64,000 nt of DNA from Blepharisma stoltei ATCC 30299 (taxonomy: Eukaryota; Protista; Ciliophora). Location: NCBI GenBank assembly GCA_965603825.1, contig CBFDEM010000037.1, forward strand, positions 62,001-126,000, written 5' to 3'. The notes under the pieces are model-generated. The model was not told the DNA's origin. It saw nothing but the letters and a program-made list of their open reading frames with translations, and made no database searches. Shown here piece by piece: positions 51,301 to 61,715 of the stretch; the first letter of the stretch is position 1; the number at the start of each line of letters is the position of its first letter. Position numbers and translations under genes: made by a program.

Positions 51301-54300
51301 AACTTGCTCATGTAGACCTCGTCTAAATACCATAGCAACAGGCTGCACCTGCAATTCAAACTTTTACTTTGACGGCTCCACATGTTCTGCCTGTGGAGGT
51401 TTATGCGATACTTGCACTGATATCTCTGGAAAATGTAACGCATGCAAAAATATGGCAAATATGGAATTCACTGCTGATCAAAAGAATTGCAGATGTAAAG
51501 GCACTCAACTGTACAGCGTGTCAAAAGCTTTATGCTACTGCGCTTCAGGTTACTTCGATGGCTCTACTTGCCAGAGGTGTTCTGCCCTTTGCTCAACTTG
51601 TAATTCTGCTACGTGCTTAACTTGTCAAGCCATCGACAATCTTGTAGTTGACTCCACGAATCCAAAAACTTGCAAATGTGCCAGCGGATACAAATGGATT
51701 GTAGAAGGTAACACCAGCATCTGCGGGAAATGTTTAGCTGGCACTTATTATGATGGAACCAAATGCTCTAGCTGTTCAACCAACTGTGCTACATGTTATG
51801 AAGGAGCTGGACTATGTGAAACCTGCAGTGACTCTTTGAGAATGCAAAAGAATCCAAGTGACTTAAGTAAATGTATTTGCAAAGGAAACCAAAAGGTCAC
51901 TGGATCAACATGCACTTGCGATGCAGGCTACTATTTTGATGGTGACAATTGTGTCCAATGTTCAGACTTATGCAAAACCTGCAAAGATTACACTGGTGAG
52001 TGTCAGGGGTGTATTGATTCAAGTAAGATGATAATTGACACAGCAAATAAGAAAAACTGTAAATGCATAGGCGATCAAACTCTTTCTAATAAGCAATGCA
52101 TTTGTTCAGGAACTAAGCAATTCAACGGTTCTGTATGCTCTGATTGCGGCTATTTCTGCAGCACTTGTAACACTGGAACTAAGACATGCTTAACTTGTGT
52201 TGATTCTAGGAGAATGTCACCAGTCAGCGGCACCACTACTTGTGCATGCAAGTCAGGCCAAATTACAAATCTTAACTCTTGCTCCTGTACCTCTGGCTCT
52301 TACTTTGATGACACAACATGTCCTAGCTGCCAAAACAAATGTGTAAGCTGTAAAAGCTTGTGTGCTACCTGCGATGATTACACTGGAAATTGTCAAACTT
52401 GTAAAGACACTGAAAGAATGGATCCTGACCCAGCAGATAAAACAAATTGCAAATGTAGAGGAACCCAACAGCTTGTCATTGCAACCTCTAGTTGCATCTG
52501 TGCAGCAGGTACCTATTATAATGGAGCTACATGTCTTAAATGCGGAGATCGTTGTGCCACATGTGAGGACTACACTGGAAATTGCAAGACTTGCCTTGAT
52601 CCTTCCAGAATGGACCTTTCTGATAAGATTTGCCAATGCAAAGGAAGCCAGCAATCAAATCCTGACGCATGTTCTTGTCTTTCAATGGAATACTTTGACG
52701 GATCAACTTGTCAATCTTGTGGCAAAAACTGTAAGACTTGCAAAGATACGACTGCAGAATGCACGACATGTTATAGTAATTATGCCCTTGAACAAATAGC
52801 TCTCCCATTAGTATGTTCTTGTCCTGCTAAAACCTATGATGTCATTTCAGGCTGCAATCCTTGTGGAACAATGTGTGCTTCTTGTTTGAATGCAGGAGTT
52901 TGTTCAACTTGCAACGATAATACAGCTCAAGAACTAGACCAAAATAATAACCAGAACTGTAAATGTAAAGCTGCTAACTACTATGATGGCACAACCTGCA
53001 AGAGCTGTGGAACTTACTGTGCTGCATGTGAAGCAACCAAATGTACTCAATGTGTGGACACAGATAATATGATTTACAATGCTATTAACGCTCGCAACTG
53101 TGAATGCAAACTCGGAATGTACTATGACGCTAATTCAGGCAAATGCGTCAGTTGTATGGATAAATGCAATGTTTGTAGCAGTGGCACAAGCTGTACTACT
53201 TGTGAAAGCGGATATTATTTCGATGTGCCTACGTCTAGCTGTAAAGTGACTACATGTGACTCTGGAACTTATTATGATGAAAACTCATGTAAAGCATGTA
53301 CTGCTCCTTGTTTGGATTGCTCGAGCTCAACTTTCTGTTATACTTGTATTACAGCTGACTTTTCAATTGACGCCAGAGCTGGAACTTGTAACTGTGTGGC
53401 TGGTAAATATTATAGGTCTTCTAGTAAGACTTGTGAGCTCTGTGGACAATACTGCTCAACTTGTACAGGAGCAGCTGATTTCTGCTCAACTTGTATTGAT
53501 TCTACTATGACTTATAATGCAGTCACAGGAGTGTGCACATGTCCAGCGAAAACTTATTTCAGTGAAGGAGTTTGTAAGAGCTGTGCGGATCCTTGCTCGA
53601 ATTGTAGCAGCCTGACGTTCTGTTTAAGCTGTGTGGATGCTACAATGACTTTGACTGCAACTACTGGAGTTTGCAGGTGTAAGGATGGAACTTATTTTGA
53701 TTCAACAAGTCATAAGTGTTTGGCTTGCGATGCTACATGTGCTACCTGCTCTAGCTCATCAAGTTGCTCTACTTGCAAAGATCCTACAATGTCTATTAGT
53801 GCTGGTGTTTGTACTTGTCCTGCTCGCCAATATTTCGACACTCAATCTCTGTCCTGCAAGAACTGCGATGCTACCTGTGGAAAATGCACAAGCTCTTCTT
53901 CATCATCTTGCACTGCTTGTAGAGATGCAGCTATGGCTTTGACCAACGGAGTTTGTACTTGTCCAAGCACCCAATATTTCAATTTGGTTACAAACGCCTG
54001 TAAGACCTGCACTGGACCTTGCAAGAGCTGTACTTCTGATACTTTCTGCACATCTTGTCTTGATACAGCTACTCTCAATTCTCAAACTGGAGTCTGCTCA
54101 TGTGCTGACAAACAATACTTTAACTCTACCCATTCCAAATGCACAACTTGCAATGGTCTCTGCAACACCTGTTCCTCATACTCAACCTGCATAACTTGTG
54201 TTGATAAGACAAACCCAGTCTCCAATGGTGTATGCACATGTGCAAACGGATACTATGCTTTAGACAAGCAATGTGTTATGTGTCCTTCCCCATGTTCAAC

Positions 54301-57300
54301 TTGTTCCAGCGCCACAGTATGTACTGGTTGTAAGAAACACGCAACTCTAAATAACTCAAGCAAGAAATGCACTTGTGACAGAGGCTATGGCCTTAATAGC
54401 ACTGATACTTCTGGATATTGTGTTGCTACTTGTAATAAGCTTTGCACTGTTTGTGACATTGATAATGCCAATCTTTGCTCTAGTTGTGTGACAAATGCTG
54501 AGCTTACAGGAACAGCTTGTGCTTGTACTGCTAATTCTGCATATAGTAGTGCAGCTGGAGGGTGCGCTTGCAATGCAGGGTATACTTTGTCAAATAGTAA
54601 GTGTGTGGTATGCAAGAGGTATCTTGCACCAAGTGACTTATTGTCTGCTGAATTTAGCTCGTCGTGGACGTCAATTTCTATCAATTTCAATACAAAGGTG
54701 GACACCTCAGTTGACCCGTCCTGCTCGAAAACTTTCACCGCAGCAACAGTAGCCTTGTTTGGAACTGGTGCAGTTTGCTCATGGACTGATAAAAAGACAC
54801 TCAAAATAGCGTTAGGCACTGGCTTTTCACTGCGGTATAGTACTCTTTATTTGGATGGAACTTATATTCTGAAAGATTCTTCTGATCCTTGCACTACTAA
54901 CTATCAGCCTCTTTCGCTGATTCCCACATCTACATCTAGTCCTGTTCCAACAGCGATTATAACTGGCCAATCCAGCTTTACTTTAGGCTGCGGATCTGAT
55001 CCTCTTACTTTCTCTGGTGACAAATCTACAGGATCTCTAGGAAATAATTTATCTTACCTCTGGGCTGTTACTTCAATATCTCCAGCTAACTCCAAAGTAT
55101 CGGACGCCATCAATAATAAAGCAGATTCTTCAATTTCTATAGACCGTTCCTACTTTGATTCAACTACCACGACAACAGTGACCGTTAGCTTAACAGTGAC
55201 CAATTTCATGACCATTTCAAGCACTGCTTCCTTTACAACCACAGTCACTGGTGGAAATGCATTGACAGTGATATTTGACCAAGGCAATACAGTTTCTATG
55301 AAATCTTCAACGTCTAAAACACTTAAAGCAAAAGTCACTTCTCTCTGCGGAACAACTACTGGAACTATCACTTGGGCATGGAGCTATGACAGTGGACCGA
55401 CAATAGACTCTGCCTCAATTCTTGCTAACGCAAATGCAGATAAGCTAACTATTAATGCGAATGCTTTGGCAGCAAGCTCTACTCCATATGTATTTAAAGC
55501 AACTGCTTCACAAGTCAGCAATGGGTCGACAATTACAGGAAGTGCCACTATTTCAGTTACAGTCACTGCTTCAGCATTAAGTGTTGGGCTATCTAAAACA
55601 AGTGGAGATGTTTCTCCTGACAGAGACTATACTATTAACGCCCAAAATTCAAAAGACCCTGACAGTCCTAGCTCAACTTACGAAGATTTTACTTATAAGT
55701 GGACTTGTTTGAATAGCTTAGATAACAGTGCATGTGTAGGAGCTGACGGCAAGACTCCTTTGAGTAGCGATACTGATTCCACTTTGACTATTCCTTCATC
55801 ACAAATGGTTAAAGGAGCTCAATGGGAGATTACTTGCACTATATCTAAAGACACAAGAACCGCTGCTGCTACAATATCTCTAAATATTCTGAGCAAGACA
55901 TCTGATGTCTCAATTGAAATTGAATACAAGGTCCAAAAATATAACCCGAACTCCAATATTGTGATAACTGCTCAAGTCACAGCTGCTACTTCAGCTACCT
56001 TGAAATGGGCTGAAAGTTCAGGGTCAATCAGCATTTCTCCTGGTTATTTGTCTACAATGTCTGTGCTTCCTAGTCAGTTAACTGCGGGCTCGACATATAC
56101 ATTTACCCTCACAATTACATTGAATGATGTCAGCATTAATGCTGAATATCCAATCACCCTTAATCTTGGGGCAGCTTGTACAGGAGAAGTTAAACTAAAT
56201 CCAGAAACCGGCACAGCGATCACTACATCATTTAAGCTAAGCATTGAGGGCTGCTATGATAAAGATGAAGAAGACTACCCATTATCATACACTTATTTAG
56301 ACTACTCCAACAATAAAGCATACACTCTTGGCTACACCACAGAGATAAATTCGCTCTCCACATACCTTTTCCCTCAGAAGAATACAATCACCATTCGTGT
56401 TTGTGATCACTTGAAGACTTGCAATGACTATAAGAAAGATGTCACAATTGGAAACTTTAATAGCAGGCGTTTAGAAACAAGCTCTTTAATGGATGCTTAT
56501 AAAGAAAGCACGGTTGACGTTGATAATGTGCCTTCTACAATCTCGCTATTTTGCAGCTCTGCAACTATTGATAGTGAGCTATTCTCCCTTATGTGGACTG
56601 ACTTGCAGAATTATATTTCCAGCAATGAGGTGACTAATGATGTATTGGAAAATGCATTAGGTGCAACTTACTCAATGACAGGTCAGACAGAACAGATGAG
56701 TGTAGACATGTTCCAGACATTTGCTTTATGGCTTTCTAAAATTATTGTGGACAACCCTGATCTTGTGCCAAGCCAAGATAACATGAATACTATTGTGGCT
56801 CTTGCTGATAATTATTTGGCGTATGGAAACATGACTGAGTTTTCTACTCTGTCTCTTGAAGGATATATTATGAATATTGATGCATTCCTGGCATATTGGG
56901 AAATAGCAGCTACTAAGGATGATTTGGTAACTCAAGGAGCTATGGACGGATCTCAAAACACTGATATGACTAAAATTTATAAGTACAGAGACTTCCCAAC
57001 CTCGATGGCCAATCGCACAGTTCCGTTCTCCAACAACCGCACTATTTCTATGCCTGCAAAATTCAGCTACTCTGACAATGACGTCATGAATATTAAACTG
57101 CACTATTTCAACACCTCAAACGACTATTCTGACCTTGTTATGCTGAGCTTTGCACACTCAGGAACTTATGAGAACTTAAAACTCGAAACCACAAACGAGA
57201 CCTATATGCCATTCTCTACAACTGATTATCCAGTTATCTTGGAAATGCCGATATCTCAGAATATCACTGAAGGGTATGACTGGACTTGCTTGTTCTATAA

Positions 57301-58405
57301 TGAGACTAGTAAGGCATGGCTTCATGATGGCTGCACTGTAACTGAAATCAAAAACGATAGCGTTGTATTTGAAGTCTATCACTTCTCTATGTTCAAGCTT
57401 GGACAAGCCGAACCCCAAGCTCCACCAAATCCATATCCTCAACCTTCTGGGCCTTCTTGTGGCGATAACTACGCTCCACTTTATATTTTGGTCGTCGTCC
57501 TCTTCATTTCTATGATTTTGGCTCCAATTATGATTATATATGATAGGCTTGAAAAGGTAGGAAAGACCGTTGAAGCAACTCCTCACCCTACTCATGTTCC
57601 AAGACCTACTGAGCGAGCCTTGATGTCGCCTTCTACTGATAGCGTTGAAACTGCACCAAGAAGCGCAAGACACTTCTTCCAGGGTACTCAGCCTAGAGAG
57701 TCAATCGAGCTTGCTGACGGCGAAGAAATTGTTGAAGAGTCAGAACAAAGGAGTTCAGATGACGACAGTAACGACATTGTTGACTCAGTAAGCATTGATT
57801 TGACTGAAAACTCATATGCTCAGCCAATCGCAACTGAAACTGAAGTAGAGAAGCCTGAAGATGAGTCTAAGACTGAGCTTGCTGAGCTCATTGAAGGACA
57901 TTTGATATTTGGTTTGGTTTACTTCAGAAGCAACTTCTCAAGATGGGCTAGACTATTCACACTGGCAACAATCATTATATTTGAACTTTTACTTGAAGGA
58001 TTGTTGCTATTTGGATTTGAAAATACTGACTCAGGATCCTCAGCATCCACTGAAACCCTGTTCAATGACTATGAAGCTAAGTACTTCGGGTATACTATTT
58101 TGGCTCTTGCCATTGCAATTCCTATAGAAATTTTCATGGTAATTGCGTTGAGCATTGATAGAACTAAAGCTCCAGCTTGGACAGCTGCTGCAGTTGCGCT
58201 AGGTATTACTATCATTATTGGCTCTATAATTGGAATTGTTATGCTTAGCTTCTCGTTCTGCTTCGAGTGGAGTGGATACTGGGCTATTTGTTTCCTCTAT
58301 GGAATCTTGATACAGATATTCATATTTGAGACCTTCTACATGATTGTGAGATACTTTATTCTCCAAATGGTTGCACAGGTGGAAGAAACCAAGACTAAGG
58401 CTTAA
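36359..58405 (+). CDS. Giant Cys-rich REJ/GPS 5-TM polycystin-1-like surface receptor, copy 3 (7,348 aa; alternative ATG at 36344; one in-frame TGA)
   Basis: ORFs 36344-40765 and 40826-58405 are in frame, and the gap is open and colinear with copy 2 (..IELE*DLIDPATCCG..). The TGA at 40763-65 replaces GGA of copy 2 (16388-90), and a sibling repeat has TGG at the equivalent position (ALEWSLIDP, 39683-85). GPS is at 57287-57394. Confidence 0.85.
36887..38518 (+). repeat. KKT[ST]CC-type ~54-aa coding repeat, 10 units plus one KKSPSCC variant
   Basis: Units were counted in the translation. There are five fewer than in copy 2. Confidence 0.9.
40950..52250 (+). repeat. Higher-order ~308-aa coding repeat, 12 units; boundaries approximate
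   Basis: The marker Trp recurs at 41510, 42449, 43382, 44300, 45221, 46145, 47063, 47987, 48911, 49841, 50768 and 51695. Confidence 0.9.
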
Positions 58406-58852
58406 ATAACCTTTTCTATTAAACTCTTGTTTTTAATAAAAAATAATTATAAATTCTTTTATTTTAAATCTAATAAAAATAACTGAATATAAATATCATA
58501 TGTAAGTAAATTTACAAGAGATTATTTGTTTGTCTAAAGTGATTTGATAAAATCTCAAAGCTTATTAATATTTTATAACTAAAATTTGTATTTAAAGAGA
58601 TATAACTTTTACTATTCAGCAATGCTAGTCAGGATTTATTCCCTCTAAAATATTTAAAATGAAGAAAAAAGTCATGAAATATAAAAATATTAAAATTTTT
58701 GTTTTCTAATATTATTTATTATTATAAAAAATTGATTTATTTACCTTCAATCATATGGTGAATGTTTTTAAATGCATCAAATCTTCACTATATATTGTAG
58801 AAAGAATTATTTTTTATTTTTATTTCTAAAGACGAGTGCTAAAGTCAACGTT

Positions 58853-59695
58853 TTATATGCCTTGCTGAAGCATAAATGGCCTATAGCATTTGCATTCTTG
58901 GATGCTAAATTTATTCTTTTCTATTTTCTGGATAGCTTTGCCTAGCAAACTTTTACCAAGCTCAAGAAATTTTATTGCTCTTTTGAAATGTTGGAAATTT
59001 GAGCTTTAACTGTTTCATTAATCCCTCTATTATTTTCATTCGCAACCGAATTTTTGAATTCCTGGTATTCCTCTGTAGAAATAAAACTGCTATCCGGCAA
59101 TTCAAAAAACTTTTTAATCAATTCAATCTTGATTTAATGTGTCAATAGTGCATTTATATCTTTCCTCAAAGGAGATTTCTTGTGAGTCAATACTTATTTC
59201 GCCTGCTTGGTTATCTTTTATCAAATCATATGCCACACGAAGATCCTCCAGTGCTTGCACTTCAAATCCTATACCATTGAGAAGGTTAGCCCTATAACAA
59301 AGATGCAGAGGGTTAGTAGCACTACTTCATACTACTTCATTATAGCAATCTATTGCTTTATAGTACTTTTCTAATCTGGAAAGAGCACGCCCTTTATTAT
59401 TCCAAATAAAACCATGTCTCTCAAAAAGTGTAATTGCCTCGTCATAGCACACTATTGCATCTGAAATTTTCCCCATCTCGCAAAGAGCATTAGCTTTATT
59501 AAAGTAAGCTAAAATCTTGCCAGTTTTGGATATTGCTGTATTTTTATTAGTTTCTATTACTTTAGTTTTTCTCTGTGACCTTAACGGCTCTTTAGGTTTT
59601 TCATCAATTAATTTGTCGTAGCATTCAATTGCTCCCCAACTCATAAAGTGCGCATCCTTTATTATAGTAAATTTCATCGTCTGTAGGGTCAAGTA
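58853..59695 (-). pseudogene. Pseudogene fragment of the Zn-finger/Kelch-like/TPR gene retaining only the TPR/C-terminal part
   Basis: It is colinear with 4801-5672 but has several small deletions (about 1, 5, 11 and 12 nt, some frameshifting). It is 5'-truncated at the array edge and keeps the TGA at 59327-29. Confidence 0.85.
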
Positions 59696-60416
59696 GCTTT
59701 CTCAAAGCATTCTTGATCCATGCAGTCAGAGAAACTCGTGCAAGCTAAATAAGACCTACTGTAATTTTATCACTTTGTGAATGTTTGATAATTCCCCTTA
59801 ATTTTGCTCAAGGGAAATAAATCTAGTGCATAATTCTCTTAAATGGCTAATTATATGATCTCTGAAATTTGCTGTCTAAATAGCAATTTATTTAAAAGTA
59901 TCTCTCTAAAGATATCTTAATAATTTTTTGAATAGTATATAAAGTGCAACCATTTTAATTAATAAGGACTCAAGATATGTAAGGGAAATTTCAAAATTTT
60001 GTTTATTTCAAGCTCAGTATAATTTCTATTAAGGCAGTACCAAGTGATTGAAGAGAATTGATGAAGCCATTTTAATCACTTAGACAAGAACAGCCTTCTA
60101 CGTCACCATTTTAATTGGTGACAATGCCTTATTTAATTGAATCAACTAAAAAATAAAACCTTTAAACTATGAAAACTTTAGATAATTTAAAAATTTTAAT
60201 TCTCCGACAATTAAATTTGCTCAAAAAAAGCAATTTTAAAAAAAAAATTATTTAAGTTATTTCAAACATCAAATCTAAGCTTGACTCACTTATTAGTGCA
60301 TAATGATCTAATATAAGCTTATTATTTATCTCAATTTTTGACGAAACTTATATGATTGCTTACATGGTATTCCATTTTAGAAATATTTTGAACTATATGG
60401 CGAATCTAATAATATA

Positions 60417-61304
60417 ATGGCTATTCTTAAACTTTCCTTTGTCTTCCTGGCACTTTTATCCTTTGTCATTGCAGATGGCTTCATGCCTTATGCCCGCTAT
60501 ATCATGACATCGAAATACCTAACAGATGATGGTAAGAAGATAAAAGATTCAATCGGGGAAGGCAAAAACTTATATGAGCTTAGTGGCAAACCGATACCTG
60601 CTCAATGTGAATATACTAAAGTAAAAGGTGATGGTTTTAGACTAATTGGGGATCTTAGAGACTTTGTGTCGTTTTTCACAACAGATATTACTATTTCGGT
60701 TTGGTATTATAATGATGATTATAATAAGGGCGGGCGGCCTTTTTCCTTTTTAGACTCCCTCAGTAAGCTTAATGATGGTTACCAGATAATGGTAGAATAC
60801 GATAAACTTAAAGCTTCTTATAAAGATTTTCATGAAGTGCACAATAAGAAGCATGATTTTTCTTTTCCGACTCCCTGTAAATTTTATTTAGATGGTTGGA
60901 ACCTCTTCACATTTCATTGGAACGACAACTTGGGTGCAGTTACATGGTCAATTTATACACAAGATTTTTCAAAGAGAATAACATCTGAAAATCCTTGGTA
61001 CGAATTGCCTAATTATTTTAGCCTTGGGTATAATACTTTTGGATACTTTTATGAGATACAGATTACCAAGGGTGCGTTAGCCAGCTATGATAAGCTTCAT
61101 CATGAATATTCAATAAAGCTGATTGATGGCAGAGGCAATGAAGCTGCTGGAGCTATTAATTCTGATATAGGACCTTGTAATTTAAAACATCCTGAAATGG
61201 GATGCTTGAGCGTAACATGCTGCCAGTTTCCAGAAAACTGTGACATATTTGAAGTCTATGGAAACTGCAAGGCATGCAGCGATTTACTTCCAAGAAATCA
61301 ATAA
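60417..61304 (+). CDS. Secreted protein with a probable LamG/concanavalin-A-like fold and short Cys-rich tail (290 aa if the 15-nt intron is spliced)
   Basis: It has a hydrophobic signal peptide (MAILKLSFVFLALLSFVIA), LamG-like motifs (DITISVWYY; GWNLFTFHW), a Cys-rich C-terminus and a TAA stop. The fold call is by eye. Confidence 0.65.
   Translation: MAILKLSFVFLALLSFVIADGFMPYARYIMTSKYLTDDGKKIKDSIGEGKNLYELSGKPIPAQCEYTKVKGDGFRLIGDLRDFVSFFTTDITISVWYYNDDYNKGGRPFSFLDSLSKLNDGYQIMVEYDKLKASYKDFHEVHNKKHDFSFPTPCKFYLDGWNLFTFHWNDNLGAVTWSIYTQDFSKRITSENPWYELPNYFSLGYNTFGYFYEIQITKGALASYDKLHHEYSIKLIDGRGNEAAGAINSDIGPCNLKHPEMGCLSVTCCQFPENCDIFEVYGNCKACSDLLPRNQ
60877..60891 (+). other. Candidate 15-nt spliceosomal intron GTAAATTTTATTTAG
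   Basis: It is 15 nt, GT..AG, AT-rich, with A at position 10, matching the tiny-intron pattern of heterotrich ciliates (Stentor, Blepharisma). Removal gives ...PTPYGWNLFTFHW. Confidence 0.75.
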
Positions 61305-61715
61305 GGTAACTTTTAGCTAATATTATAATAAACAAATTTTATAAGTATAGTGTGAAAACTTTTTGCGTGATATTAAGCTTAGCCTAATTTCATAGTTATG
61401 CACAAATTTTTATAGAAACTTAAAATAGACCTACGACTTGGAGTTTTGAATTTCCTGAACTTCCTTTTTGAGCCCCTTAACTATTAACCTTAGTGTACAG
61501 TTAATTTGATTTTTCACTTTATATAGATTCTTAATGTGCTCATAAGCGAGTAAGGATTTCTGCTCTTTAAATATTTTTTTCAGAAACCATTAATATAGCT
61601 TTTAAATTTAAAGCTTATCTTTTTTATCATATCTCATAATATTAAATTCTATTAGCTTAAGCAGCATTATATATTTCATTAAAATCAAAAAACTTTACTT
61701 CTTAAATTCTTAAAA

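Larger units (their letters stand above)
1..59695. repeat. Head-to-tail tandem segmental duplication, ~27-kb unit (giant receptor gene plus spacer with passenger genes), at least 3 units
   Basis: Near-identical gene ends (...EETKTKA-TAA plus the same downstream sequence) occur at 4325, 31249 and 58405, giving periods of 26,924 and 27,156 bp. Spacer 4326-11161 is colinear with 31250-36358. Homology after copy 3 stops at ~59695 (equivalent to ~5672). Confidence 0.95.

Noticed and set aside
305-58127. Dozens of 60-165-aa antisense and alternate-frame ORFs overlapping the giant genes, plus 61822-62187 and 63597-63842
   Set aside because: They are shadows of repetitive Cys/Thr/Ser codon usage. 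They recur with the repeats and have no independent protein features.
11162-58405. TGA as Cys (Euplotes code) or selenocysteine; TAA/TAG as Gln (Tetrahymena/Paramecium code)
   Set aside because: None of the very many Cys positions uses TGA, and the TGAs align with TGG. No in-frame TAA/TAG occurs in these Gln-containing giant ORFs, and TAA ends every gene.
60417-61304. Blepharisma mating pheromone gamone 1 (a secreted glycoprotein of similar size)
   Set aside because: Only size and secretion match. I see no N-x-S/T sequons and cannot recognise sequence similarity.
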